This document shows, one piece after another, positions 37,733 through 52,789 of a DNA stretch of 63,346 nucleotides (the stretch's first letter is position 1; every line of letters starts with the position of its first letter). The stretch lies in the NCBI RefSeq assembly GCF_001194135.2, contig NC_069004.1, positions 11,491,343 to 11,554,688 of the forward strand, in the 5' to 3' direction. The translations under genes were made by a program, and so were the position numbers. This DNA is from Octopus bimaculoides (taxonomy: Eukaryota). The notes under the pieces were generated by a model that was not told where the DNA came from, ran no database searches, and worked only from the letters and a program-made list of their open reading frames with translations.

Positions 37733-39310
37733 NNNNNNNNNNNNNNNNNNNNNNNNNNNNNNNNNNNNNNNNNNNNNNNNNNNNNNNNNNNNNNNNNNNN
37801 NNNNNNNNNNNNNNNNNNNNNNNNNNNNNNNNNNNNNNNNNNNNNNNNNNNNNNNNNNNNNNNNNNNNNNNNNNNNNNNNNNNNNNNNNNNNNNNNNNNN
37901 NNNNNNNNNNNNNNNNNNNNNNNNNNNNNNNNNNNNNNNNNNNNNNNNNNNNNNNNNNNNNNNNNNNNNNNNNNNNNNNNNNNNNNNNNNNNNNNNNNNN
38001 NNNNNNNNNNNNNNNNNNNNNNNNNNNNNNNNNNNNNNNNNNNNNNNNNNNNNNNNNNNNNNNNNNNNNNNNNNNNNNNNNNNNNNNNNNNNNNNNNNNN
38101 NNNNNNNNNNNNNNNNNNNNNNNNNNNNNNNNNNNNNNNNNNNNNNNNNNNNNNNNNNNNNNNNNNNNNNNNNNNNNNNNNNNNNNNNNNNNNNNNNNNN
38201 NNNNNNNNNNNNNNNNNNNNNNNNNNNNNNNNNNNNNNNNNNNNNNNNNNNNNNNNNNNNNNNNNNNNNNNNNNNNNNNNNNNNNNNNNNNNNNNNNNNN
38301 NNNNNNNNNNNNNNNNNNNNNNNNNNNNNNNNNNNNNNNNNNNNNNNNNNNNNNNNNNNNNNNNNNNNNNNNNNNNNNNNNNNNNNNNNNNNNNNNNNNN
38401 NNNNNNNNNNNNNNNNNNNNNNNNNNNNNNNNNNNNNNNNNNNNNNNNNNNNNNNNNNNNNNNNNNNNNNNNNNNNNNNNNNNNNNNNNNNNNNNNNNNN
38501 NNNNNNNNNNNNNNNNNNNNNNNNNNNNNNNNNNNNNNNNNNNNNNNNNNNNNNNNNNNNNNNNNNNNNNNNNNNNNNNNNNNNNNNNNNNNNNNNNNNN
38601 NNNNNNNNNNNNNNNNNNNNNNNNNNNNNNNNNNNNNNNNNNNNNNNNNNNNNNNNNNNNNNNNNNNNNNNNNNNNNNNNNNNNNNNNNNNNNNNNNNNN
38701 NNNNNNNNNNNNNNNNNNNNNNNNNNAGAACTGCTGCAATAAGTATGTGAATCTGAGAGGGGAACATGTTAAATAAAATCATAACCCCTCCTCCTGTATT
38801 TTCTTATACCCAAAACCAGGAATTTTTCAGCACCCCCAGGGACATGTGTTTGTGTGTATATAAATATTCTGCTTACCTTGGAGTCTTGCAAGCTACATGA
38901 TAACTTCGCTAGTGCTGGTGCCGAGAGGGAAAAGCAACAAGTACATGCTTTAAAATGGTTGGATGTTTGGAAAGTCATCCAACCATAGAAGCCATACAAG
39001 AGTAAGACAGTGGAGTTTGTCACAGTCCTCTAACCTGTCAGATCCTGTTTAACCGTCCAACCCATGCCAGTACGGAAAATAGACCTTAATAGATGATGAT
39101 GATGTGACATCTTCTTTTCCTGACTTTGCCACAGAGGGAAGATTTCTGTAACTTTCTCCTTTATGTCTACTTCTGCACCCATTCTAGAAATGCTTGTTTT
39201 TGAAAATCCATGGGGCAGGGATCCTTGGGATCCAACTTGTGACTGCAATTAAACTGACTGATGTGGGTACATTGGGTACAGGCTCATGCATGTGGATGGT
39301 CACTCACATG

Positions 39311-39406
<96 letters not shown>

Positions 39407-42400
39407 GACAATTTTGTTTACAGAACGAGAAAAGGAGGGAAGAATGAAACTCACTAAAGTGTTTCCATTGTTGTTAATTTGTTTGTTTTCGTGTCTTCTG
39501 TCTCTCAGGTACCATTAATCTTCGCTTCCAACCATTTCTGTATTCTTCACCTGTTTGTTCTCTTTATTATTATCATCATCATCATCATTAATTGTTGTGT
39601 CACCAAAGACTGGAGTCTAGGTCTGCTACTACATTCCCACCACAGAATTAGTTCTCATTCTTTTTTTTTTATTATTATTTGTCTATTACTTTTGCAAAAA
39701 AGAAAAAGAAAAGTTAATTTGCTGCTAACTTCTGCCTTTATTGTCTCTTACAGAAATCTTTAAATTTCAAAGTACCATCAACAGCCTCCCCTAGTCTGAA
39801 GATGGGCTCTGCTGCATACAAACTACCTCTCCCAACAGCTGCCAAATCTCGACTTGACCGGTCTTGGAGTGAATCTGTGAAATCTGAAAGGATTACTGGT
39901 TTGTCTGTTCAAGAAATTAAGCGCCAAGAGGTAACTTTCCTGACTACTATTTTTGCCTTTTGTTTATTTTAAATCTTTTATTGAATTTAGTGCTCAAAAA
40001 GGAGATTTTTGTTATTTGTTCCTGGTGCTCAGATAATTTCACTTTTTACCTTCTACCCTTACCCCACCTCCTCTCTAACCATTCCTACTTCCATTCACCA
40101 CCATATTTGGTAGTTATTTACTATTTATTTATTAATAATGGCTATGCTCGTCATCCTTTCATCTCTGCTTGTAGCTCCGTATTTTCAACAGGTCGATCTT
40201 TGTCTGATCGTTTTAACCCTTTAGCATTTAAACCGGCCATATCCGGCCAAAAGTATTCTGCCTGTTTTATGTTAGAACTGGACATATCTGGTCTCTCACA
40301 CCAACCCTACAATATCGTTTTAAAAATTAACAGCTACCTCATCAAAATCTCATAGCTACAAGATAATGCATGATTAGTTCAAAACAATGTGGATGAAAAA
40401 GCATTAATTTTGGTAGAATAATGCAAACACTAAAGGGTCAATGATTATTGAAGTAAATATTTTTAGATTAAAATTTTACCCCACCAAAAAAAAAAAAAAT
40501 AATAATAATAATAATAATAAATTCAAATTACGACAAACGAAGTTTGCTTTTAGAAGCGTTGAGATATCTTTTTAGAAAGTTAAAGAAGTTATTTTAAATT
40601 CTCAATCGTAATTTGAATTTAACATATGAGAGCGTCTCATAAAGCGAGATTTATATATCTTAATTTGCAGAGGAATCTGTAGTGGGTAGTTTAGCTTAAT
40701 CGGTCAAAGCATCATGATATGTAATCACGGGATGTGAGTTCGAGTCCACAGCTAGTCATCCTACACTTTTCTCTGCAAAATAGAGATAGTTTATCCTGTT
40801 CAGGCTATATTATTAGCATTATTCTGCGATTGAGAATTTAAAATCACTTCTTTAACTTTCTAAAAATAATAATAATAAATGTAAACTAAGAACATGTTTT
40901 ATTTATTGCCTATTTTTTTTAAAAAAGAAAAATCTACCACAACAAACTTTATCTGACCCATGCAAGTATGGAAAAAATGGATGTTAAGCTGTTGATGATC
41001 AACTGCCTCAGCATTTCAGATTATTTTTCTGTCACATGTTATGCTTACTCATTCACATTGATTTGAATTACTCATGCGTTATCTCGTAGCTTTCAATGAT
41101 GTCATTGTTTATGTTTTGAACGGCATTGTTAGGTAGGTGTGATAGGCCACATCTGGCCGGTTGGAGAATAAAACAGGTAGAAAACTTTGGGCTGGATTTG
41201 GCCAGTTGAAATGCTAAAGGATATTAAATTCTGTTGTTTCATTCCTCTTGTCCCTGGGTTGACTTTGTTCCTGTAATATAGAAAAGGCAGTGCGGAGAGT
41301 ATTTGATATGGTTGAATCAATGATGCAAATAAAGAGCAGTGACAAGTACTTGCATCACATCTGGTTGGTTGGTATGTAGATTATTAACAGGTGAGTGTGT
41401 CTAGTAGTAGATATACAACATTTTATGCTAGACTTTGTTGCCTAGTGTTTACATTAAATCCTTGACATTCACTAACTTCTAAGACTGCGCTATATCTACA
41501 GCTAGCTCTTTAACCCGTTACCTCCCATAATTCTATTAACTGGAATTTTTTTTTATGAAACTTTGATTTCTAGCATAAAACAGCCTTTGAAACACGCTAG
41601 AATGATCAAAATAACATTTTAAATAGAAATAAGCGAGATATTGGGTGAAAAATTAGCAAACCTCATTTGAATATCAGAGAAATATACCTAGAAGATATAG
41701 CCAAAAAGTTAGATATGTGTAAATATTGACAGATAATTACGAAATTTGTAATTTTTAAGTGATCTCATATGAGATCACTGGTAGGTAATGGGTTAACTTA
41801 CTCTCTCAAATGTTATGTTTATTTTTCCACATTATAGATTCGAGATTTTGATGGGGTTTTTTTTTTAAGAATGACTACCTAGGGTAGGTGTGAGAGGCCA
41901 GATCTGGCCAGTTTGAACATAAAACAAGTAGAATATTTGGGCCAGATATGGCCTGTTTAAATGTTAAAGAGTTAAAACACTCAGCTGATCTCATTAAGCT
42001 TTAATTAGGGAACAACTGACTGGGTATATTTTTGGCTTTCAACAGCGGATGCACCCGTAACAGAGGACTGAGATGCAAGGTGCATTGCTGTACTCGAGAA
42101 GCCCACCACAACAGAATTGAGATCCTAAAACCAAGGTGCCATGTAAAAGGTTTTGGTGTGGGTGGTGGTGTCAGATAAAAAGCACAGGTGCTGGTGCCAT
42201 GTAAAAAGCACCCAGTCCACCTTGTAAAGTGGTTGGCATTAGGGAGGGCATCAAGCTGTGGAAACTAGGCCAAAACAGATTAAGGGACCTAGTGTGGCTC
42301 CTGGCCTGACCAATCCCTGTCAAGCTGTCCAACCCATGCCAGCATGGAAATCCAACATTAAATGTTGATGATCTTGTCAATAATGCTTGCCAATAGACAT

Positions 42401-42860
42401 TTTGGCCTCTTTTGAATGTTTTCTTGTTGTTTCTTGAATTTTGGTTATTTATTGTAAATTAACATTTTTTTCATTATTTAAAACTTAAAAATGTTTAATG
42501 AGAAACTAGACCTAGGTAAGGAGAGATGTGTAGATGATGTGTAAGGAGGGACTTGGTTTGAAGAGAGAGAGAGAGAGGGCCTGCTGCATTTATGTTACAT
42601 GCTCCCTGACGTTCTGAATTCCAATTCCACTGAAGTCAAATGCTAGTATTGATCAATTGGACCGAATCCTTCTTAAAGGATTTGACTGGGCGAGTAAGGT
42701 GGTTCTGGGTTCAATCTCACTGTGCAGTCTCTTTGAGCGAGTGCCTTCTTTCACCAATTGACCACTGCCTTGTGAAGAGGATTTGGTAAACACAAACTGG
42801 GCAACAGTTTATCTCTTTCTTTCTCTCTCTTCCTCTCTCTCTCTGCTCCCTTCCCCTCCG

Positions 42861-42894
<34 letters not shown>

Positions 42895-45800
42895 CCAAGC
42901 TCATGTTTTTTATGACTGTATCTTCCACTCATCCATGGTCAGCATAGGATAAAGGACAGGTGTAAAAAATAGTTTTGTGAATGCAGTCTCTTGCATCCAG
43001 TCATCTTCGACTGTCCCTTNNNNNNNNNNNNNNNNNNNNNNNNNNNNNNNNNNNNNNNNNNNNNNNNNNNNNNNNNNNNNNNNNNNNNNNNNNNNNNNNN
43101 NNNNNNNNNNNNNNNNNNNNNNNNNNNNNNNNNNNNNNNNNNNNNNNNNNNNNNNNNNNNNNNNNNNNNNNNNNNNNNNNNNNNNNNNNNNNNNNNNNNN
43201 NNNNNNNNNNNNNNNNNNNNNNNNNNNNNNNNNNNNNNNNNNNNNNNNNNNNNNNNNNNNNNNNNNNNNNNNNNNNNNNNNNNNNNNNNNNNNNNNNNNN
43301 NNNNNNNNNNNNNNNNNNNNNNNNNNNNNNNNNNNNNNNNNNNNNNNNNNNNNNNNNNNNNNNNNNNNNNNNNNNNNNNNNNNNNNTGACCGGCTGCAGC
43401 ATACGCCTGGCTGTCAGTCCATAAAATCAGTTTATTTACTTCTTACATAAGTATTCATAGTCCCCCATCCCCGTCCCCGCCCCCTGTTCTCTTTGTTTCC
43501 ACTCAGCAGTTGTATCCAGTTCTCTATCTCAACGACTGTTGGTTCATTGTCGATAATGTCAATATGTTCATTGTACTTCTTGCTCTTGTCATTCCTATCT
43601 TCCTTGCAGCTCCAACACTGCCCATCTGTGAAAGAGAGAGAGAGAGAGACTCTTTTACCCTTTCAGATTATTTTGTCAAATGCAATGCTTACGTCTTCGT
43701 TTGAATTAATCATTCGTTATCTTAACTTCAAGATTTCAGTGATGTGATTCTGTAATTTTAGAATGACATGGTAGGACACGTGTGGAAGGCTAGGTCTGGC
43801 CAGTTTCAGCATAAAACAGAATATTTGGGCTCGATATGGCCTGTTTAAATGCTAACGGGTTCACAGAGGAAACTCGATCATCTGATGTTCCTGTGTTATC
43901 TATGGTTCCTTCTTTCCATCTCCATACCATCACCATTGTTTTAACATCCACTTTTTCATGCTTGCATGGTTTGGGTGGAATTTGTTGAGGCAAATATTCC
44001 ATGCCCAGATGCTCATCCTGTTGCCAACCCTCGCCTATTTCTAATCGAGGGTAATATTTCTCTATGACCCAACAGGTTTCCACAGAAAAGTGGAAAGGGG
44101 CGCCACCTGCATGATGGTATTATTACTATTAAGACTATCATGACTGCATTATTGACCCCGAAAGGATGAGAGACAAAGCTGACCTCGGCGGAATTTGAAC
44201 TCAGAACGTAACGGCAGACGAAATACCGCTAAGCATTTCGCCCGGCGTGCTACCGTTTCTGCCAGGTCGCTGCCTTTGATATGACCATTGTTTCTATAGT
44301 TCACTCCCTCTCCCGCTCTGTCTCTCCTCTTTTCCTCCTACTCTCCTCTATGCCCCCTCTCTTCCTCTCCCCCCCCTCTCATTTTTATGTCTCAAACATG
44401 TGGGGATGTTTTTGAATTTTTTTTTTTTTATCTTTTCTTTTCACTCTTTGTAATTCTAAATGTTTTCATCTCCAGGCAATTTTTGAACTTTACCAGGGAG
44501 AACTGGATCTAATACAAGATCTTGGAGTAGTAAAAACGGTAAGTCTTTATTAACCATTNNNNNNNNNNNNNNNNNNNNNNNNNNNNNNNNNNNNNNNNNN
44601 NNNNNNNNNNNNNNNNNNNNNNNNNNNNNNNNNNNNNNNNNNNNNNNNNNNNNNNNNNNNNNNNNNNNNNNNNNNNNNNNNNNNNNNNNNNNNNNNNNNN
44701 NNNNNNNNNNNNNNNNNNNNNNNNNNNNNNNNNNNNNNNNNNNNNNNNNNNNNNNNNNNNNNNNNNNNNNNNNNNNNNNNNNNNNNNNNNNNNNNNNNNN
44801 NNNNNNNNNNNNNNNNNNNNNNNNNNNNNNNNNNNNNNNNNAAAAAAATCTTATAGCAACCAAAATCAATATTTGATGCTGAAAATGTTACCAAATGGTG
44901 GGTGTGGTCTTGTTCTTGGTGCCCATGCTGGAGCAAGCTCATTAGTGATTATTTCAGCTTCAATAAACCCCGTTTCCCTCTAGTACTGTTGTTGATACAG
45001 ATGTAAATATAGAGATGACAAAGAACAGTATGTGCTAAGGGGTCACTATAGATTTGCGAGATCTTCTGATCCTCGAAGACTACAGGGCCAGACTGGATCT
45101 ATGCTTTGTCGTGGCTACAGAAGCATGAACTTTGACACTAGCAGCACAAAGCAGAAAGCTCATACACTAGTTGTCAAATTTGTGTTCTTGCTGATTATAT
45201 CCCCTTTTTGACCCCTATCCTACATATCACTCTCATCCTCCCTAATTGATTATTTCTTCTCTCTCTCTCTCTTTATCTCCTTCTTTCTCTACCCACCCCT
45301 TTCTTCCTGAAAACAAACTTTTCTTCTCTCTCATGTAAAATCCATCTTCTAATTCCCCTCTTCACTTGTTTACACTCAAAGTTTCCCTACAATCTCCCCG
45401 TCTTGTTTAATCCAGTTCGCCTTTTTTCATATTTATTTCCTGCATTTCCAGACCTACCATGATTCTATGAAAAAATTACACTTATTAAGTAATGAGGAGT
45501 TACAAAAAATATTCGGATTTCTGGACTCACTGATACCAATCCACCAAGGTAAGGAATCTTGTATCATATTCATTTTTTCATGTTTAGAAATAGTCTGGTT
45601 TGTCAGAGAAACCATTGCTGTCTACCAGATTATTCTTGAGATGGTAGAGGTGCAACAAGTACATTTGTGCATACAGACCCTAACACAGCACTTGGATTAA
45701 CACTCTTGTTACCGTATTCCTGTTGAGATACACAAACCTTGTTTCAGTTAATTTTTACCCTTTTGCCTGCCCAAAACATTTTCATAAGTTTGTCCTAAGG

Positions 45801-46062
45801 GCCCGTGCTTGTTTTCAGGTTTTTAGTTAACTCTTGTTTCATACGTTCTGAGTAATATAAGGCTTTCCTTTCATAAGTCTCAAGTTACTCTGGTGGTTGA
45901 AAAAAAATTGAAATATGGCGCAGGAGTGCCTGCGTGGTAAGTAGCTTGCTTACGAACCATATGGTTCCGGGTGGCACCTTGGACAAGTGTCTCCTACTAT
46001 AGCCTCGGGCCGACCAAAGCCTTGTGAGTGGATTTGGTAGATGGAAACTGAAAGAAGCTCGT

Positions 46063-46095
<33 letters not shown>

Positions 46096-47934
46096 TTGTC
46101 CCCCCCACCATCGCTTGACAACCGATGTTGGTGTGTTTATTTTGCCATAACTTGGCAGTCCGGCAAAAGAGGCTGATAGAATAAGTACTAGACTTACAGA
46201 GAATAAGCAATATCTTATTGCAAACTGCATTCATAAATAAAGCGGCCACAATGTACAGTAAACACTGCCAAATTGTTTTCGTAAATTTAGATGACTTTTT
46301 TTTACTTTATTAAAAAATAAAAATTTTGTTTGTAAGTTTAAAATAGATTTTTATTAACCACGTATTATTGAAAATGCATTCCTAAATAAAGTACAGAACT
46401 GGGAATGGTTATTGTTGGTTTAGCCTAGAAACAAGTTAATTCGACTTGTTTTTTGACTTAAATTGTGTCTCCTGGAATCAATTAACGACGTAAGGTGAGG
46501 TGTGCCTGTATTCCACTTCCCCCTTGCCCCCTAGGCTTCTGTATTTTATTGTGTTGTCATCGACAGTGGAAAACCTAAAAGTACAGAGAAGATTTGAAAT
46601 TAACTAAGGCAACCTTATTTTCTCTTGTTCAATAACATTGTATGGAACCAGGAGTAATGTGTTTATGTGTAGACAAATAGATTTGTGTGTTAGATGTAAA
46701 TAATGGAAAGTTGTTGGAGAGAATATGACCCTGTAACGTAAACTTGGATTCAAAATGGAATACGAAAGTGAACAGGTATTGAGTACATGGTCCAATGTAT
46801 CGACAAAAACCTCACTGTGCCATTATGGATATGTGATGGAAATGGATAAACATCTGCCTGGTGGAAAGTTGCCATTTCCTGTCAATAGGATGATGTCTGG
46901 TGTAGAGAAAAACTTCAACAGAAGTGATGAAATCAGATCACAGAATGCTGGGTTTTTAAAGCTGAAATGACACAGGTTTGAGAGAAATGGCACACCTGCT
47001 GTGTTGTAGACCTCTTCAATTTCATGTCATTGGATTTTTATGTCCCTCTATTATTTGTCCCCTTAACCCTTTAGCATTCACATTATTCTGTCTAATGTAA
47101 TGCTTATCTATACACATTGTTTGGAATTATTAATGCATTATTTTTTTGTATAGACAGTTTGATGATGTGCTTGTTTATTTTTAGTATGACATCATAGTGT
47201 AGGTGTGAGAGGCTGAATATGGCCAGTTTGAACAGAAAACAAATAGAATATTTGAGCTGGATCTGGCTGGTTTAAATGCTAAAGAGTTAAATGTGATCTT
47301 TCACAGATTTTCTTTTGGCAGAGTTCTTGGCCTACTTTTACCTCTAAGATATATTCCATCTCACTTATAGCACATTTTCTCTTAGCACGTAACATTCTTT
47401 TCTAAATGAAAGGAAACCATTTAAATAGAAATTTAATGTTTTCTGTGGACTAATTGGCTTACATGACGATTGATTCTATATAAAACTGAAGATGTATTTC
47501 TCTTTTAATTTCAGCTTTAGTCGACAGATTGGTTGTTCAAAGACTACCTGACGGAACCACTGAGGGTGTAGGAAAACAGATCAAAGAATGGGTAAGGAAT
47601 AATTATGTTGAGCTCGTAATAATAGAAGTCAATGATTTTAGTATTGATTGCGTTTAGAGTTAATTTAATTGATATGTTCTTTTCTAAAGGGTTTTGCCTA
47701 AACAAGAAATAATAATAATCCTTTCTACAATAGGCACAAGGCCTGAAATTTGAGGAGATGGGGATGGTCAATCACATCGACCCCATTACTTGACTGGTGC
47801 TTAATTTATTGACTTCAAAAGGATTAAAGGCAGAGTTGACCTTAGCGGAATTTGAACTCGGAGCATAGTTATAGGCGAAATACCACCAAGCATTTTGCCT
47901 TGTGTGCTAATGATTCTGCCAGCTCACTGCCTTC

Positions 47935-47971
<37 letters not shown>

Positions 47972-50900
47972 GCCCTGATGCATTACCAGGCAGTGGCTCT
48001 CATGGCTTCTGATCTCAACTGATTGAAAGTGTTATGTACATGTTTTTTTTGGGGTGTAAAAGATGGGCTACACCAAATATTCTGCTTAATACCACAGATT
48101 TGCTTGTCAATTGTTTGATCTTAACCATTTGAGCATGCCCCTTGGTGGCTGACAATATTTGCATCTCTGATCACGAGCAGAAGTAGTGGGGGAGCATCAT
48201 AGCCATGTGTTGAGAGGAATTCTTTGGTGTTTGAATAATTCACTTCTGGAAACATGAGGTGTTAGTGGCATTTCATCCATTTTAACATTCTGAGTTCAGA
48301 TTCTGACAAGGTCAACTTTGCCTTTCATCCTTTTGGAACTGATAGTATAAATACCAGTTGAGTACTGGGGGGTCGATGTAATCGATTATCCCCCTCCCCC
48401 AAAATTTCAGGCCTTGTGTCTTTAGTAGAAAGGATTATCATTAATAGAAGTAGTGGTAGTAATACTGGGGTCAATGCAAATGACTTACCCCCTCCCTGAA
48501 CTTGCTGGCCTTGTGCCAAAATTTGAAATCTCTATTATTATTATTATTATCATCATTATTATTATTTCCCCATGTTTTATTCAGGTACCCAGCTTGTGTC
48601 AATACATCCAAGTTTGTGCCAACCAGGTATTTGCCAAGGCTTTGTTAGATGAGAAGAAATACGATGCAGGCGTTGACGATTTTCTGCAAAGATGTATGGA
48701 ATCTCCATTTAGCAGGAAACTGGACCTTTGGGGTTTGCTTGGTCAGTTATTTTTTCAAATTATTTATTTTATACAAAGAATCAAACAAACTAGAAGGGCT
48801 GTTGCTCCCTCTACATCACAGAGTGTAACCCTTTAGCATTCAGATTACTTTGTCAAACCTGTTTATTCATTCACATGGTTTTTGAATTCATCATCATTTA
48901 ACATCTGTTTTTCTTTGCTGGCATGGGTTGGATGGCTTAGCTTCAGGATTCCAATGATGTGATTGTTTAGTTTTAGAATTACATTGTAGGGTAGTTGTGA
49001 GTGGCCACATCTGGCTGGTTTGAACCTGAAACAGATGGACTGTTTTGGGACTGGCCTTCGTGCGGGTGGCACGTAAAAGCACCCACTACACTCTCAGAGT
49101 GGTTGGCGTTAGGAAGGGCATCCAGCTGTAGAAACTCTGCCAAATCAGATTGGAGCCTGGTGTAGCCATCTGGTTTCACCAGTCCTCAGTCAAATCGTCC
49201 AACCCATGCTAGCATGGAAAGTGGACGTTAAATGATGATGATGATGGTGAGTTTGAATGCTAAAGGTTTGAATCCCAATACTTTCAACTTCCCCTTTCAT
49301 TCCTCCAGTATTGGTTAAATGTATTCCTCTTGTATATTTCAGCTGATTCAATCAGCTGTTCTCTTACTCTATGAATCAGTGACCTTATGCCAAGAAAACA
49401 AATTTTATCATAATCATCGTTGTCATTATCATTTAAAGCAGCAAGCTCTTCTTTAAATTTTCATGCTTAGGCCTTAATTTGAAGCAGTCATTGTAGACAG
49501 GTGAGTGATAGAATTAGCTGAGCATCAATGATATGCCTTGTGGTATTTGCTTGTATTTATTGGCATTCTGACTTTGAATTCCACAAAGGTCAAATTTGCC
49601 ATTCATCAAAATAAGTATTTTGAGTGTACTGGATTGATATAATAGGCCCTTCCCTCTAAAGGTATTAGAGATGGTTGTTATTATTAAATGAACATTAAGG
49701 TGACAAGCTGGCAGAATCAGGTCGTTGGACAAAGTGCTTAACCACGTTTTCTTCCAACTCCTTATGTTCTGTGCTCAAATTCTGCTGAGGTCAACTTCTC
49801 CACCTTTCAGTCTTACAGGGTTGACCAAATTTACTGGCCTTGTGGCAAAATTGGAAAGAATCATTAATTTATCATCATTTACATCGGTGGTTCTCAACCA
49901 GGGTCCATATAAGATTTTGTGGGGGTCCATGCAACAAAATAATATATTGGACATTCACAAAAGTATTTTAAGGGCTCCTGAAATACAGATATATGTATTA
50001 CAAGAAACAACTAGGTTTATTTCTTTACTGCCCACAAGGAGCTGCACACAGAGGGGACAAACAAGGACAGACAAACGGATTAAGTCGGCCCCAGTGCGTA
50101 ACTGGTACTTATTTAATCGACCCTGAAAGGATGAAAGGCAAAGTCGACCTGCGGAATTTGAACTCAGAACATAGCTGCAGATAAACTACTGCTAAGCATT
50201 TCGCCCAGCGTGCTAATGTGTCTGGCAGCTCACCGCCTTCGTGGAAGAGAAACAGCTGGGTTTCTTTCTCTAACATTTTACATAGTTCAACCTACACAAG
50301 TTGATATGAGAAAAACAAAATTTTTAAAAGAAGTATCTATAAAACTAGTTTTTAAGAATGAAATCGCTATGGGGGTCCACCAGAATAAAATAGTAGTCAA
50401 AGGGGTCCATAGATAAAAATATGGTTGAGAGCCCCTGATTTACATTTTCATTAAACATCATTACTTTATCTAACGACCCTTGATGGTGAGTAAAATGTTT
50501 TAATGTGCTTCGATCTCTGTTTCTAGATGGACCTCGTGGTCGGTTTTTGAAGTATCCATTATTGATAAAGAGTATCCAGAGATATGTAAGTATGGCTACT
50601 GCTGGCTATCTTCACTGTTGTTTTCACTTCTCTCTCTCTCTCTCTTTCTTTCTCTCTCTATCTCTCTCTCTACATACATACATACATACATACACTTATA
50701 CTTTTACCAGAAGAGTGGTGTGTTCTTGTATATATCATCTTCATCAAAGATTTATTTTCTGTCTCTGAGTGGTTGGAGTTAGGAAGGGCATCCAGCTGTA
50801 GAAACTCTGCCAAATTAGATTGGAGCCTGGTGTTGCCATCCGGTTTCACCAGTCCTCAGTCAAATCGTCCAACCCATGCTAGCATGGAAAGCGGACGTTA

Positions 50901-52289
50901 AACGATGATGATGAATGGGCTGGACAGCTTGACAGGAACTGGCAAGGCCAGGGGTCACACCGGGTTCCACAATCTGCTTTGGCTTGGTTTCTACAGCTGG
51001 TTGCCCTTCCTAATGCCAACCACTTTACAGTGTGTAGTGGGCACCATCACCACTACTTTTTACATGGCACCTTGGCTTTAGGATATCAACTATGTTGTGG
51101 TGGGCAGGTCTTCTTGAGTACAGCAGGGCACCACATATCTCGACCCTCTGTCATCTTCTTCATAAGGCTCAGCATTTTGAAATCAGCCTTCGATATTTCA
51201 TCCCATATCTTCTTGGCTCTCTCTCTTCCACAACTTTCCTCCACTTTAAGTGAGATATATATATATATATATATATATACTGTTTTACTTGTTTCAGTCA
51301 TTTGATTGCGGCCATGCTGGAGCACCGCCTTTAGTCGAGCAAATCGTCCCCAGAACTTGTTTTTTATAAGCCTAGTACTTATTCTATCGGCCTCTTTTGC
51401 CAAACCGCTAAGTTACGGGGACCTAAACACACCAGCATTGGTTGTCAAGCGATGTTGCAGGGACAAACACAAACACACATATATATTATACTTCATTATA
51501 CTTGTGTCAGTTAAATATTTAGTTTTTTGACCAAATTTTTTTTTTCTTTTTTTCAAGACGAATTGTGCAAGTGAAGATTACCAATGTCTCAAAGACGCAG
51601 TAAGCAAATTTCCTTTTTTAATGTTCTTATTTCATTTCTGTTTTTACTTTCTTCTATAGCTCAGTGGTTCTCAACAAGGCCCAATATGACCCCTAGGGAT
51701 CCACTTAAGCAAAATAGTAAATTGGGTCCACAGTATTATTCTAAGGGGCCATAAAAAAAATTATATATTTTGCTGCAGATGTATTTATTGCATGAAACAG
51801 CCAAGTTACTTCTTCTGACATTTGACATAGTTCAGCCTACACAAATAGGAATTTTGAAAGAAGTATCTACAGGGTGTCCACAAAGTCTGGGTACATGAGG
51901 ATTAAAACATACTTTAAGAAATTATTATTTCTTATATTTAATTGTTTATGCTATGATTTTATTTACTCCATGTTGCCAGACTTTGTGGACACCCTGTATA
52001 AAGGTAGTTTTTTGTAACCAAAGGGATCCATAGATTAAAAATTGTTGAGAATCTCTGGTATAGTTCTTACTATCTCAGCTTTTGTTGTCTTTATTTCCAT
52101 CATAATGACTACCACTGTGATCAGGACAGTCCCATTCACGTTGGTACCAGTAGGGTCACTTATATCCAGATTTTTATATAGTTGATTTACATTTTTTCCA
52201 TTTTGCTCTAATATTATCACGCCCTTGCTCCATACCATGTACTTGCTGACTTACACTGGTAGTTTGGGCAAATGTATATAATAGTAATG

Positions 52290-52321
<32 letters not shown>

Positions 52322-52753
52322 TGCCTTGAAATATATAGTATTTGTCATATATGTTTGTTTGTTTTTTTTTGTTTTTTTATCAGCTAAAACTCATTGAAAA
52401 GCTGATTGCTGAAGCAGATGAGAAAATTGGTGAAGCTAAATGCACATTATACAAATCAAAATTGTCATATGTTTATGATGATCAGGCAAGTTTTTGAAAC
52501 TAAGAATATTTCTTTATCTTGTTGGGGAAAAGACAAGTGGATTATATTTTATATCTGGTGTATTTGCTATACAGTTAAATTATTTAGATATATCTATCTG
52601 TCTCCCCCCCCCCTCTCGCGTTAGGAAGGGCATCCAGCTGTAGAAACTCTGCCAAATCTGATTGGAGCCTGGTGTTGCCATCCGGTTTCACCAGTCCTCA
52701 GTCAAATCGTCCAACCCATGCTAGCATGGAAAGCGGACGTTAAACGATGATGA

Positions 52754-52789
<36 letters not shown>

